DNA from: an uncultured Thermoprotei archaeon | GTDB taxonomy: Archaea; Thermoproteota; Thermoprotei; Thermofilales; B15-G2 | Assembly: GCA_965367815.1 (NCBI GenBank) | Contig: CBDUKN010000010.1 | Location: 1 to 64,000 of the forward strand | DNA: 64,000 bases | Direction: 5' to 3' | Shown: piece after piece, positions 50,161 to 59,806 of the stretch | How the letters are laid out: every line of letters starts with the position of its first letter | Numbering within the stretch: position 1 is the first letter of the stretch | Translations under genes and position numbers: made by a program | The notes under the pieces: model-generated | What the model saw: only the letters and a program-made list of their open reading frames with translations | Told to the model about the DNA's origin: nothing | Database searches by the model: none

Positions 50161-50215
50161 GCTGTGATGACACTACGGGGGTCTGATCGGTGAAGAGCAT
50201 CCTGACGGCTGACTT
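50161..50215 (+). ncRNA. Box C/D methylation-guide sRNA
   Basis: C GTGATGA 50164, 12-nt guide CACTACGGGGGT, D' CTGA 50183, C' GTGAAGA 50190, 12-nt guide GCATCCTGACGG, D CTGA 50209. Confidence 0.88.
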
Positions 50216-50263
50216 CTACATTTGTTTAAAGGGGTTTTAAGGAATTACAGTGTTGTTTAGAAA

Positions 50264-52186
50264 CTAGACTTCGGCTGTGTAGAAGGTTATTAGTGACTCT
50301 AGTGCCGCTATCATATTGTCTGCAATATACCTTACTGTTGGGCATTCTTTGTTACATATTTTACACTTACTGCATTTTTCGCTTAGTACTCTGAAGCCGT
50401 TTATTTTAGGATCGTACACTATTGCATTGCTGGGGCACCAGTTTACGCAGGAGTAACATTTGCTACACAGAACTGCTCTCGAGACAATGTATACTATGTT
50501 AGCGAAGTCTTTAATGAAGTCTTCTTGGCTTTCCAGCTCTACTTCAATAGAGTTTTTGCATATTGTCACTTTATTTCCTTGAGGTAAAGTAAACTCAATT
50601 CTATTTTCTCTTAAAGTGTATTTGTCTACGTATATTGGTAGAAGTGCTTCTACTTTCTTCAAGTCTATTGGTATACTAAAGTACGCTACTATGCTATTAT
50701 CTTCTTTTTTGAGCTCCCTGATATACTCTATTTTTTGGTTCTTTTCCTCTATTTCAGAGGGCTCGAAGCCCAGTTGCTCTATGAATCTTTTCTGGTCTCC
50801 CGGAAGTCTTTTCCATCTCCACCAGCCATACTTAATCCATTCTTGGGGAAATCCTTTCTTTTCAGCGTACTTTACTAGGAAATTGTTCCATTTGTTCCAG
50901 AGCTCTGGGTGTAGTTGCTCGACTAAATGGAATTCTGCTAGTTCGCAGGCTGGGCAGAGCCAGCAGCCGATGCGGTCTAGTCCCTTGCTGTACAATGTGT
51001 TGTAGGGTAGTTTTTCTTTGAATATGTAGAGCCATACTTCTAGTGCACTCCAGTCGAGTATAGGTGACAGTAAGTAGACTTTGGGGAGCCATCTGCTTTT
51101 CTCGAAGTATCTCTGTCTAAATCTCTGAATTGACTCGTATTTTCTTTGGCCGACAATGCTGATTATTTCTCCTGAAGTTATTTGCTTATAGGTTCTAGCT
51201 ATTGGTGTTAGCTTACATACTTTGCAGCACCACCTGTAGTCTCTTGCGGGAGGACCATATATCCAGAGTGACTCAAAGAACCTGTTTTCTGCTGAAGCTA
51301 CGTGTAGTTTAAGTCCATAGAGCTCAGTTACTTTGTCTACGTTTTCTACTGTCTCGGGGAGCTCTAGTCCTGTGTCATTGAATATTGCTTCGCCGACTCC
51401 GCAGTAGTTTAAGGCTATGTGGAGTGTTACTAGACTGTCTTTTCCTCCCGAGTAAGATACTATCGGGCGCTTGGCTGAGTGTCTGGCGAGAGTCTTTTCG
51501 AGTATTCTTCTAGATTTCGAGACTAGCGTCTCTAAGCGAGCTTCATTTGCCTCAAGAAGGTCTTTAAGTGCAGTCGGCTTATTTAAGTACAGTGGTTTCT
51601 TTGAGGACCAGTATTTTGCTACTCTAATGCGTTTTCCTTGGAGCTTTACTCCTACTCCCTGTGTTTCTCCGTCTGCTGTGACTAAAGCTATGTACATGTT
51701 CTTTTTCTCGGGGAGATTAGCCTCTACTATGCGGTCTCCGTGTATTTCGTAGCCTTTAGTTAAACGCGGGAGATCTACTACAGCGTAGTAGCCTATCTTG
51801 TTTTCGAGCATTTTAGCTACTCCCTGGTACATTGGCTTGAAACGCCATTTTCTCGACTCCGGGTCATAGTACCTGTGGCCTATTATTTGGCCCTGAACAA
51901 CTACTTCGTCTGCTGCGTCGATATAAGGTATTTTATTGAAGAATACTAGCTGGTTTCTAGGCAGCAAAATATCTGCTTCTTTTTCAGATAAACCAAGCTC
52001 CGCTTTAACTAGTTCTCTCAGTTCTCTTACTTCTGTGTCAAATGCGGGTCTTATGTCAGAGGGAGGAGTAAGCTTTACTTTAAAACACACGCTGTTGCAC
52101 TTACCGCAGTGGCTCTGCTCTAATACAGGTACATTGCAATCAAGACACCAGTAAACCCGTACTCCTTTAACAAATCTCGGTAACAT
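50264..52186 (-). CDS. PAPS-reductase-family (PP-loop) protein with N-terminal Zn ribbon/PUA-like region and C-terminal 4Fe-4S dicluster
   Basis: WCLDCNVP..CGKC, SYSGGKDS, DTGLE, RWCCKVCK, RIGCWLCP, two CxxCxxCxxxCP. Confidence 0.9.
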   Translation of the reverse strand: MLPRFVKGVRVYWCLDCNVPVLEQSHCGKCNSVCFKVKLTPPSDIRPAFDTEVRELRELVKAELGLSEKEADILLPRNQLVFFNKIPYIDAADEVVVQGQIIGHRYYDPESRKWRFKPMYQGVAKMLENKIGYYAVVDLPRLTKGYEIHGDRIVEANLPEKKNMYIALVTADGETQGVGVKLQGKRIRVAKYWSSKKPLYLNKPTALKDLLEANEARLETLVSKSRRILEKTLARHSAKRPIVSYSGGKDSLVTLHIALNYCGVGEAIFNDTGLELPETVENVDKVTELYGLKLHVASAENRFFESLWIYGPPARDYRWCCKVCKLTPIARTYKQITSGEIISIVGQRKYESIQRFRQRYFEKSRWLPKVYLLSPILDWSALEVWLYIFKEKLPYNTLYSKGLDRIGCWLCPACELAEFHLVEQLHPELWNKWNNFLVKYAEKKGFPQEWIKYGWWRWKRLPGDQKRFIEQLGFEPSEIEEKNQKIEYIRELKKEDNSIVAYFSIPIDLKKVEALLPIYVDKYTLRENRIEFTLPQGNKVTICKNSIEVELESQEDFIKDFANIVYIVSRAVLCSKCYSCVNWCPSNAIVYDPKINGFRVLSEKCSKCKICNKECPTVRYIADNMIAALESLITFYTAEV

Positions 52187-52266
52187 GACCTTGTGCTTTT
52201 TAAGCGAAACAGTCTTTAAAAAGATACCTCAGCAAAATTTTTCTAGCCTGAAGCACGAAGTAACAT

Positions 52267-52322
52267 GGGATGAAGAAGGACGCCCTTGACCGAGCAGTGA
52301 TGTATTTCGGCGGAACTGACCG
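52267..52322 (+). ncRNA. Box C/D methylation-guide sRNA
   Basis: C ATGAAGA 52270, guide AGGACGCCCTTGA, D' CCGA 52290, C' GTGATGT 52297, guide ATTTCGGCGGAA, D CTGA 52316; GC-rich island in an AT-rich spacer. Confidence 0.75.
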
Positions 52323-52362
52323 CCAAAACTAAATAGCTTTAAAGAACATTTTATGCGAGAAA

Positions 52363-52746
52363 ATGAGCCTCTACATTACCCACGTAGACAAAGTAGAGAA
52401 GAAGCCTGTAGACTTTAAGGGAGCTAAAGACGCTTATATTCAGTGGCTTATAGATCCTTCTGCTGGAGCAAAAAACTTCGCTATGAGAATGTTCACTATT
52501 AAGCCTGGCGGAGAAATACCTAAACACAGCCACTGGTACGAGCACGAAATATTTGTTTTAAAGGGGAAAGGAGTTATCGGCGCAGGTGATAAAGAGTATG
52601 AAGTTTCTGAAGGAAATGTTATCTACGTGCCCTCCAATATCCCGCACTGGTATAGAAATACTGGCAGCGAAGACTGGGTTTTCATATGTGTAATTCCTTT
52701 AAGAAAGCCTACGGGAGCTCAAATCAAGCCTCAGCATAAGTGTTAA
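52363..52746 (+). CDS. Cupin-2 domain protein
   Basis: FAMR, PGG..PKHSHWYEHEIFVLKG, PSNIPHWY.N. Confidence 0.92.
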   Translation: MSLYITHVDKVEKKPVDFKGAKDAYIQWLIDPSAGAKNFAMRMFTIKPGGEIPKHSHWYEHEIFVLKGKGVIGAGDKEYEVSEGNVIYVPSNIPHWYRNTGSEDWVFICVIPLRKPTGAQIKPQHKC

Positions 52747-52781
52747 ATTAAGCTTATTTACTTTAGTGAAGGAGAAAAGCC

Positions 52782-53954
52782 ATGAGTTCCTCTAGTAAAA
52801 GGATAGTGTTTCTTTTCTCTTCTTACTATTTAGCTTTCTATTTATGTCGCTATAGTCTGCTACCTGTTTTGCCGCTATTGGTAGAGAAGAGAGTTCTCGA
52901 GGCTAGCCAAATAGGCTTGATTATATCGGCGCTATATACAGGATATGCGGCTATGCTTGTTCCAGCAGGCTTTTTCTCTCGAAGATATGGGGCTAAAAGA
53001 ACAGTTATTGTAGGCGCCTTAGGCTCGATTTTATCAAACTTTTTACTAGCGTTCGCTAAAGACTTCGGAGCCATGTTTGTGTTAATGTTAACTAACGGTG
53101 TTTTCCAGGGACTTGTATGGCCTTCGCTCATGTACTTAACTTCGGTTAAGTGCTCTGGCGACGAAGTAGACTATGCTGTAGGATCTATGCTGACTGCAGC
53201 TATTTTCGGGCCTTCAGCTGTATTTTTCTCAGCGGGGCTGATAATGATGTTTTTCGACCCAAGAACAATTTTCTATGCGTACAGCTTTGTTTTGTGTATA
53301 CTTACTTTTATTTTCTATAGAAGTATCGAAGAGACTTCAATAGAGAAAAAAGTGTTTGACAAAAGTGTTTTTATCAATATAAATGTGTGGCTTCTAGCAG
53401 TAAGTTATCTATGTTTTTATGCCATTATTAAAGGTACTCTAGGGTGGCTTCCAGTAATCGTTACTAGTGAAGCAAAATTATCTCCGGCTATAGCCTCTAT
53501 TGTAAGCGGTATTTTTCCTATTGTAAGCAGTTTAGGCGCGCTCTTAGGAACTATTTTATCTAAGAAAACTGTAGGAAAAGAGTCTATCCTTTTGGCTTCG
53601 TTTACCTTATCTGCATTAGTGCTTCTTATGCTCAGTAAGAAGAATATAGTCCTGTGGCTTGTGGCACTTTTCTTTACTATAAGTCTTTCAGAGTGGTTTT
53701 TCTTCACTATTCCACCTACTTTTCTTTCTCCTGAAGCAGTAGCGCTTGCTTCAGGCATAATAGACTCTATGGGCTATGTAGGTAGCTCTTTGGGCGCTAC
53801 TGTCGTAGGGTTTATGGGGAGTGTATACGGAGACTATTGTACTGCGTTAAAAGCTTTAACTATTTTTTGTCTCGCCGGAGTAATATCTTCAACTATTTTA
53901 GTTAAATTGAGGAAAACTTCTAAGGAACGTAATTTCAGAGCAAAAACCAGTTGA
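52782..53954 (+). CDS. MFS transporter
   Basis: 12 TM, FYLCR, ASGIIDSMGYVG (OPA/GlpT-like). Confidence 0.88.
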   Translation: MSSSSKRIVFLFSSYYLAFYLCRYSLLPVLPLLVEKRVLEASQIGLIISALYTGYAAMLVPAGFFSRRYGAKRTVIVGALGSILSNFLLAFAKDFGAMFVLMLTNGVFQGLVWPSLMYLTSVKCSGDEVDYAVGSMLTAAIFGPSAVFFSAGLIMMFFDPRTIFYAYSFVLCILTFIFYRSIEETSIEKKVFDKSVFININVWLLAVSYLCFYAIIKGTLGWLPVIVTSEAKLSPAIASIVSGIFPIVSSLGALLGTILSKKTVGKESILLASFTLSALVLLMLSKKNIVLWLVALFFTISLSEWFFFTIPPTFLSPEAVALASGIIDSMGYVGSSLGATVVGFMGSVYGDYCTALKALTIFCLAGVISSTILVKLRKTSKERNFRAKTS

Positions 53955-54261
53955 CTCGATAGTTTGTGTATTAAAAGAAGATTTATTGGGAAAATCAAAA
54001 AGAGTAAGAAAATTGTTTAAGTTATTTTTTAGCTAAGAGAGATTGATAGGTAGTATTAGTATTAAACAGTAAACAAATGCATAGAATATAAATACTAAGC
54101 CTGCTTTTCCTTAGAGCGAGAGATACAGTAATGTATCCTCCTAGAAGACCTCCTATTAGTAGAGCAAGAGAAGAGATCTTGGATGAAATAAGAGAGAAAT
54201 TAAAGCCGAAATAAGATTTGGGCTAGCTAGGCTCTATAGATAGCTGAGAAGAGACATTAGA

Positions 54262-54564
54262 ATGGTTATTCTAGAGGCAAAATGTCTTTCGGGAGCAGAA
54301 GCCGAAGAAGCGACTGAGACAAAAGAAAAGGAAGATTATCAAAGTATTGTTGAAAAGTTATTCGGCGGGCTCGGTATAGACACAGGAGATTTGATTAAAT
54401 ATAGTGGAGCTGCATTAGCGGATGCTCTTGCAGTATTGTCGACAACGCATATTGGTGATATCTACAACTTTATTAATGAGAGGAAGTCTAGCGGAGCTTC
54501 AGTAGAGGAAATAAAGGAGGCTTTAGCGCAGTTTATTCAAGAGAAACTTTCAGGGAGCCAGTAA
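54262..54564 (+). CDS. Hypothetical helical protein, probably an eroded gene extending to ~54131
   Basis: Upstream MYPPRRPPISRAREEILDEIREKLK joins via a frameshift and a TAG. Confidence 0.45.
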   Translation: MVILEAKCLSGAEAEEATETKEKEDYQSIVEKLFGGLGIDTGDLIKYSGAALADALAVLSTTHIGDIYNFINERKSSGASVEEIKEALAQFIQEKLSGSQ

Positions 54565-54714
54565 AACGTAGTTAACTTAAATAAATATTTTTGTTTTGTA
54601 TCTATGTTGAATTATTTTTAGTCTTCATAATTAGAACTATAGTATTCTAATGTAAGCTGCTGTACTTTACGGGACTCTATCAAAGTAAATATATGGACTT
54701 CATGTAGTATTACT

Positions 54715-57081
54715 GTGGATGAGAAGGAGAGATTTTACTTAGTGTATCTCCATAAACGCGATGTTGAGCCTATTTTCGATATACTTAAATACAAGTACTT
54801 TAGGGCGAAGAAAGTTTCTCGCTGGAGTATTACTAGGTCGAAAGTAGTTCTTCAGGTTAAAACAGAGCCTGAGGGAGAAGACATAGTTGTAGAAATTGTT
54901 CCGCTTGGCAGAAAAGCTATACTGACTAGAGCTGGAGTCGGGAAGCTGCCTCCTTTTAAGCCAGAGCCTCTTCTTGTGAAAAGTCGGCTTGAGAGAACTT
55001 TAGTTGATGTAAATAGCAGGGAAGGAGAGCTAGTAGTTTCTACAGGTGAAATAGGCTGCCACATAAGACTTGACGAATGGAAACTCTATATCACGGATAA
55101 AAATGGGAGAGTTTTCTTCAAAGAGTACTGGAACGGTATCCGCAGAGGAGGTTTTCCCGTGTATCCTCTATGCTACAAGGTCGTTGGAGAAGAGAAGCAT
55201 TTTATCGAGAGTATTGCTCTCGAGCCCGACGAAGCAGTATATGGTTTTGGCGAGCGCTTCGGCAGACTGAATAAGAGGGGACAGAGACTTCTTATGTGGA
55301 ACAGCGACACAACAATGACTTCAAGCGATAGAAGCTACAAAAGTATACCGTTCTACATGTCGACTAAAGGCTACGGTCTTTTCGTAAAAACTGGAGCCAA
55401 AATGGTTTTTGAAGTAGGCTCAGAGTACTGCTACAATGCTGTATCCTTTGAGGTTTGGCAGAACTACTTAGAGTACATAGTGTTCTACGGACCGTCTTTC
55501 AAAGAAATTCTCCGCATGTACACTGAGCTCACAGGCAGACCTCCCTTGCCGCCTCTATGGAGCTTTGGCCTCTGGATGTCTAGGTGCGCCTACAGGAACA
55601 GGAAGGAAGTAGAAGAAGTAGCCGAGAAGCTGAGAGAATACCAGATTCCATGTGATATAATTAATATCGACCCGCTGTGGCTGAAACACTACTGTGACTT
55701 GGAGTGGAATACAGAAAACTTCCCTAACCCTGAGGAAATGCTCCGGAAGCTTGCTAGAAAAGGATTCAAAGTGTGTTTGTGGATTCAGCCCTACGTACCT
55801 AAAGGAACTGCGATGTATGAAGAAGGTGCAGAAAAAGGCTACTTCGTTAAAAACAAGAAAGGCGAAGTCTACAACATAATAGATTTCGCTAGAAAAGAAG
55901 TAGGAATAGTTGATTTCACGAACCCTGAGGCAAGAGAATGGTACAAAAAGAAGCTTAAGAAGCTTTTCAAAATGGGCGTAGATGTATTTAAATGCGATAT
56001 GGGCGAAGCAGTTCCCGAAGACGCAGTATTCTACGACGACTCAACAGGAATCGAGACCCACAATATTTACCCGCTCTACTACCAGGGAACAGTATTCGAG
56101 GCTTCACGCGAGTACTTTGGAGAAGGACTGGTCTGGGGTCGATCCGGGTGCCCAGGTATTCAACGATACCCTGTTCAGTGGAGCGGAGACTGTCACACAA
56201 CTTTCGAAGACATGGCGTGCGTACTTAGAGGAGGACTCAGCTACTCTATGTCAGGCGTACCGTTCTGGAGCCACGATATCGGCGGATTTCAAGGACCAAA
56301 GCCTAGTCCCAAGCTGTACATTAGGTGGAGCCAGTGGGGTCTCTTGTCATCGCACTCAAGGTGCCACGGCACTACTCCGCGAGAACCATGGGAGTACGGT
56401 GAAGAAGCACTCAGAATATTCAAGAAGTTTGCTGAACTAAGATACAGTCTGCTACCCTACCTCTACTCGTGTGCACGTGAAGCCTCTGAAGAAGGCCTAC
56501 CTGTAGTAAGACCACTTGTACTTGAATTCCAAGAAGATCCTGCCGTAAGAGAAGTAGACTTAGAGTATATGCTAGGACCCTTTATTCTAGTAGTACCAGT
56601 ATTCAGTGAAAACGATGAAGTCGAGTACTATCTGCCTAAACGCCTCTGGCTAGACTGGTGGACACGAAAACCTGTCGAGGGCGGCAGCTGGGTAAAAGAA
56701 AAAGTCCCGTTAGACAGAATACCCTTATTCATTAGAGAAGACTCTATTATTCCGTTGACTACGCCCATGAATTATGTTTACGAGAAACCCTACGATGAAA
56801 TAAAGCTGGAGATTTTCCTCAGAAAAAGTGCTGAACTAAAGTACTGTTTTGACCGCGAAAAATTCGACATTAAGGCAGCTAAAGACGATAAGCATGCAGT
56901 AATTTCTCTAGGAGAATCGAAGAAAAAGTGGACTATAGCAATGTTCGAAGAAAAGTCTCCTAGAGAAGTGCTTGCTCATCAATGTAGACTAATAAACTGG
57001 AGTTACTCAAGGGAAAAGAAGAAAATTGTTATCGAGGTCAATGAACTAGCTCAAGGCGCTACAGTAAGAATAGTTTACTGA
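54715..57081 (+). CDS. GH31 alpha-xylosidase (YicI-like)
   Basis: YGFGERF, YKSIPF, PPLWSFGLWMS, FKCDMGE, WSGD, WSHDIGGF, SRCHG..PREPW. Confidence 0.93.
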   Translation: MDEKERFYLVYLHKRDVEPIFDILKYKYFRAKKVSRWSITRSKVVLQVKTEPEGEDIVVEIVPLGRKAILTRAGVGKLPPFKPEPLLVKSRLERTLVDVNSREGELVVSTGEIGCHIRLDEWKLYITDKNGRVFFKEYWNGIRRGGFPVYPLCYKVVGEEKHFIESIALEPDEAVYGFGERFGRLNKRGQRLLMWNSDTTMTSSDRSYKSIPFYMSTKGYGLFVKTGAKMVFEVGSEYCYNAVSFEVWQNYLEYIVFYGPSFKEILRMYTELTGRPPLPPLWSFGLWMSRCAYRNRKEVEEVAEKLREYQIPCDIINIDPLWLKHYCDLEWNTENFPNPEEMLRKLARKGFKVCLWIQPYVPKGTAMYEEGAEKGYFVKNKKGEVYNIIDFARKEVGIVDFTNPEAREWYKKKLKKLFKMGVDVFKCDMGEAVPEDAVFYDDSTGIETHNIYPLYYQGTVFEASREYFGEGLVWGRSGCPGIQRYPVQWSGDCHTTFEDMACVLRGGLSYSMSGVPFWSHDIGGFQGPKPSPKLYIRWSQWGLLSSHSRCHGTTPREPWEYGEEALRIFKKFAELRYSLLPYLYSCAREASEEGLPVVRPLVLEFQEDPAVREVDLEYMLGPFILVVPVFSENDEVEYYLPKRLWLDWWTRKPVEGGSWVKEKVPLDRIPLFIREDSIIPLTTPMNYVYEKPYDEIKLEIFLRKSAELKYCFDREKFDIKAAKDDKHAVISLGESKKKWTIAMFEEKSPREVLAHQCRLINWSYSREKKKIVIEVNELAQGATVRIVY

Positions 57082-57083
57082 AT

Positions 57084-57488
57084 TTAAGGTAGCTTTACGA
57101 AGCCTGCTTCCTCAAAATTTTTATCAAAAGTAAACGTGTACTTTATATCGAGCAGCTTCATTATTGCAAAACTTGTGCAGTCAGTAAAACTCCATTCAAG
57201 CTTTTTATTTCTCTTAAAGTACTCGCAAGCCATATTAAATACTGTCTCGTCAACCCACACTATTTTAATGCTTTTACTTTTACGTACTTTATCAAGAAAT
57301 TTCAAAGCAGGTATTACTCCATGTTTTATTCTCAGCAAAGTGAGAGTCTCGTCTATCACGTAGTCTGATGTTACTAAGGCACCGTAAGTGCCTTTCTTAA
57401 TAGTTTGCAGAAAACTGCTTGCTTTTTCATGATTTTTGTCGTCCTCGACTTCAAGTGCATAAAAAGCGCTTGTATCAATAAATATCAT
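57084..57488 (-). CDS. vapC: PIN-domain toxin VapC
   Basis: IFIDTSAF, VIDET, SFTDCTSF, FTFDKNF. Confidence 0.93.
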   Translation of the reverse strand: MIFIDTSAFYALEVEDDKNHEKASSFLQTIKKGTYGALVTSDYVIDETLTLLRIKHGVIPALKFLDKVRKSKSIKIVWVDETVFNMACEYFKRNKKLEWSFTDCTSFAIMKLLDIKYTFTFDKNFEEAGFVKLP

Positions 57489-57730
57489 TTGCTTTCATCG
57501 TAAAGAATTTTATTATGTTCGAGAGAAGTCTTTTCCACAGCTCCCTTTCTTTTAACAACAGGTCCTTCAGTAAAGAAAGGGTCACTTTCATATACTCTAT
57601 CGTCTATTACATGCTTTCTAATAATTTCTCTTAAAGCCTCTGCAATAGTCAATCCTCTAGACTCTGCATATTCTCGCAACAGTCTGTACTCAAGCTGAGT
57701 CAACTTAGTTTGAACTACTTTAAGTTTCAT
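57485..57730 (-). CDS. vapB: RHH-type antitoxin
   Basis: VVQTKL...YRLLREYA...TIAEALREII; overlaps vapC start. Confidence 0.8.
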   Translation of the reverse strand: MKLKVVQTKLTQLEYRLLREYAESRGLTIAEALREIIRKHVIDDRVYESDPFFTEGPVVKRKGAVEKTSLEHNKILYDESK

Positions 57731-57837
57731 TGATTGTAAGTGTCAGCAATCATATTTAATGTTTACTGATTCATTAAACATGAAAGATGAAATATCTGGA
57801 ATAATAAGCTTTATTAGTGTAGTGAAATTACTACTAC

Positions 57838-58368
57838 ATGTTCACCGAAATACCTGAAGATATTAGAGCTATTTTAGAGAAAGATGAAAAGATCTTGTGG
57901 ATAGGTAGGCCGCGAGGGGCTCCATTTATTCTTAAAGGTCTTGTAGTAGTGCCGTTAATGGTTTTCTTCGGGGCTCTCCCTATACTTGTAGTACCTCTTT
58001 ACGAAGTAATTACTGAGCCGCCAGTACTACTTTTTCTAGCATTCTGGGAGTTTTTCCCAACGCTAACTATATTTGGTGTTACAGTATACCCTGTTCTTCT
58101 CCTAAGAAATATTCTCTATGTAATAACAGATAAACACGTTATTGTACGTAAAGGCGTTATTGGAATAGACTTTGATATACTTAATCTAGAGCTCGTGCAG
58201 CAAGTAAACATAGATGTAGGGATATGGGATAAAATCTACAGTACAGGAACATTAGTAGTACAGGCAATTGGAGTATCTCCAATAAAATTTTACTCTATAC
58301 CAGAGCCACTTAAAGTACACTCAATACTCACTAGAGCAGTAAAAGAAGCTATATCAGCAAAGCTCTGA
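57838..58368 (+). CDS. Membrane protein with bacterial PH (bPH_2) domain
   Basis: EKILWIGRP, two TM, YVITDKHVIVRKG, GTLVV. Confidence 0.85.
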   Translation: MFTEIPEDIRAILEKDEKILWIGRPRGAPFILKGLVVVPLMVFFGALPILVVPLYEVITEPPVLLFLAFWEFFPTLTIFGVTVYPVLLLRNILYVITDKHVIVRKGVIGIDFDILNLELVQQVNIDVGIWDKIYSTGTLVVQAIGVSPIKFYSIPEPLKVHSILTRAVKEAISAKL

Positions 58369-58792
58369 GTTAGTTTGTAAATGCCGTGCACATCATACTT
58401 ATGAAGGTCGCTCCGCTCAATGAAACGGCTCATACTGTGAAGTTCAGTAATCGGTAATCTCTATCTCTACTCCAATATATGATAGTATCTGCAGTAAACT
58501 CCCTCAAGAATTTATCAGTCTTATAACCACATATATGTTGCTGCTACTAACTTAAGCTTAGATTTATAAGTACTCCTTAGCTTTGTGAAAAGATTAAAGC
58601 AGAAATCCTCAACTTAATAGCACCTTATATTAAAATTCAGGTACAGCTGAGTAGACCCTAACTACTCTTTCAGTTCCAGAATTTCAGGCTTTTAAAGAGA
58701 TCTAGACTCAAAGTCTACAGGGACAGGAGTACTAAGTCGTATAGTTCGAGAAAAAGTATTAAATGATTTAAAAAGCATATTTACAGTAGTGA

Positions 58793-59530
58793 GTGGTCGT
58801 AATGAAGTTTAATAGCTATTTTATGGCATGCATTATAATGATTCTAGGAGCTTTTACTGGAGCTGTGGTCTTACCAATGTTAGTGTCTTTGAGACAGGGA
58901 ACTTGTAAACTCTCTACTGCACGGGAGCCACGTAGGCTTAGTGGCGATATATGCATAAGTTTACCCTTTGTTTATAAGTCACTCAAGGAGGCTTATAAGA
59001 AATGTGATATAGCTATAATTGGTAGAGTAGTACGTCAATGGTACTATGTCCAAAGGAATAGGGACATAGTTGTTACAGTGCGTTACAAGGGAGTTCCCTT
59101 AGGGGATGTTGCTCCGTCAACGCCTTTCACTATATCAGAAGTCGAGGTTGAAGTAGTAATTAAAGGAAGAGTCGAAAGTGAGAAGATCTTAGTAAGGCAA
59201 CTAGGGGGTAAGTGGCCATTAATAGTGCGCTCTCATGCCTCATGGTTTAAACCTATAGTGATCCAAGTTAAGGAGGACCCCCTGTTCAAGATTGGTGAAA
59301 GAGTAGTATTATTCTTGAAACCCACTAACCACCCCATTAACGAATGCTACGCTTACTACTTCTTCTTCGGGAGATTTAGGGTCATAAACGGTAAAGTATA
59401 CTCAGCCCTTTATTACTTATCCGAAGATACTCCGATATTAGGTACGTTAAGAGGAACAGATTACGAGCAAATTAACGGAATTTCAGTAGAAGAATTCATA
59501 AAAATATTGAATTCTTCTAAAAATAAATAA
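58793..59530 (+). CDS. Secreted/membrane-anchored hypothetical protein
   Basis: N-terminal TM; DIAIIGRV...VRQLGG...FKIGERVVLFL pattern. Confidence 0.7.
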   Translation: MVVMKFNSYFMACIIMILGAFTGAVVLPMLVSLRQGTCKLSTAREPRRLSGDICISLPFVYKSLKEAYKKCDIAIIGRVVRQWYYVQRNRDIVVTVRYKGVPLGDVAPSTPFTISEVEVEVVIKGRVESEKILVRQLGGKWPLIVRSHASWFKPIVIQVKEDPLFKIGERVVLFLKPTNHPINECYAYYFFFGRFRVINGKVYSALYYLSEDTPILGTLRGTDYEQINGISVEEFIKILNSSKNK

Positions 59531-59806
59531 AATATTAATTTCCTATAGACACATACCTTAGGACTAATGATGTTGATGAAAGACAGGGAAACCTTACATA
59601 TTTCATTTAATCCCACTACGATACATTTATGAGCTCACTTGGAGTCCTGGGAGTGTTTACGCTCTCTTGTCGTCGTAAGAGCTAATCAATACATATGACA
59701 CACCTGTTAATAGCTAGGTGTTAAAAACGTTTTCAGTACACCTTACTCTATGCTTCAAGCAGTAATACAAAGCTTATAAGAGTTCTGTAGAAGTAGTAAC
59801 ATTAAA

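Noticed and set aside
55070-56440. Multiple overlapping alternate-frame ORFs inside the GH31 gene (and similar shadow ORFs elsewhere)
   Set aside because: They lie within well-supported genes, lack motifs and reflect locally higher GC.
58380-58790. Intergenic tract examined for a C/D sRNA or small gene
   Set aside because: No correctly spaced C/D boxes; only a short unassignable minus-strand frame.
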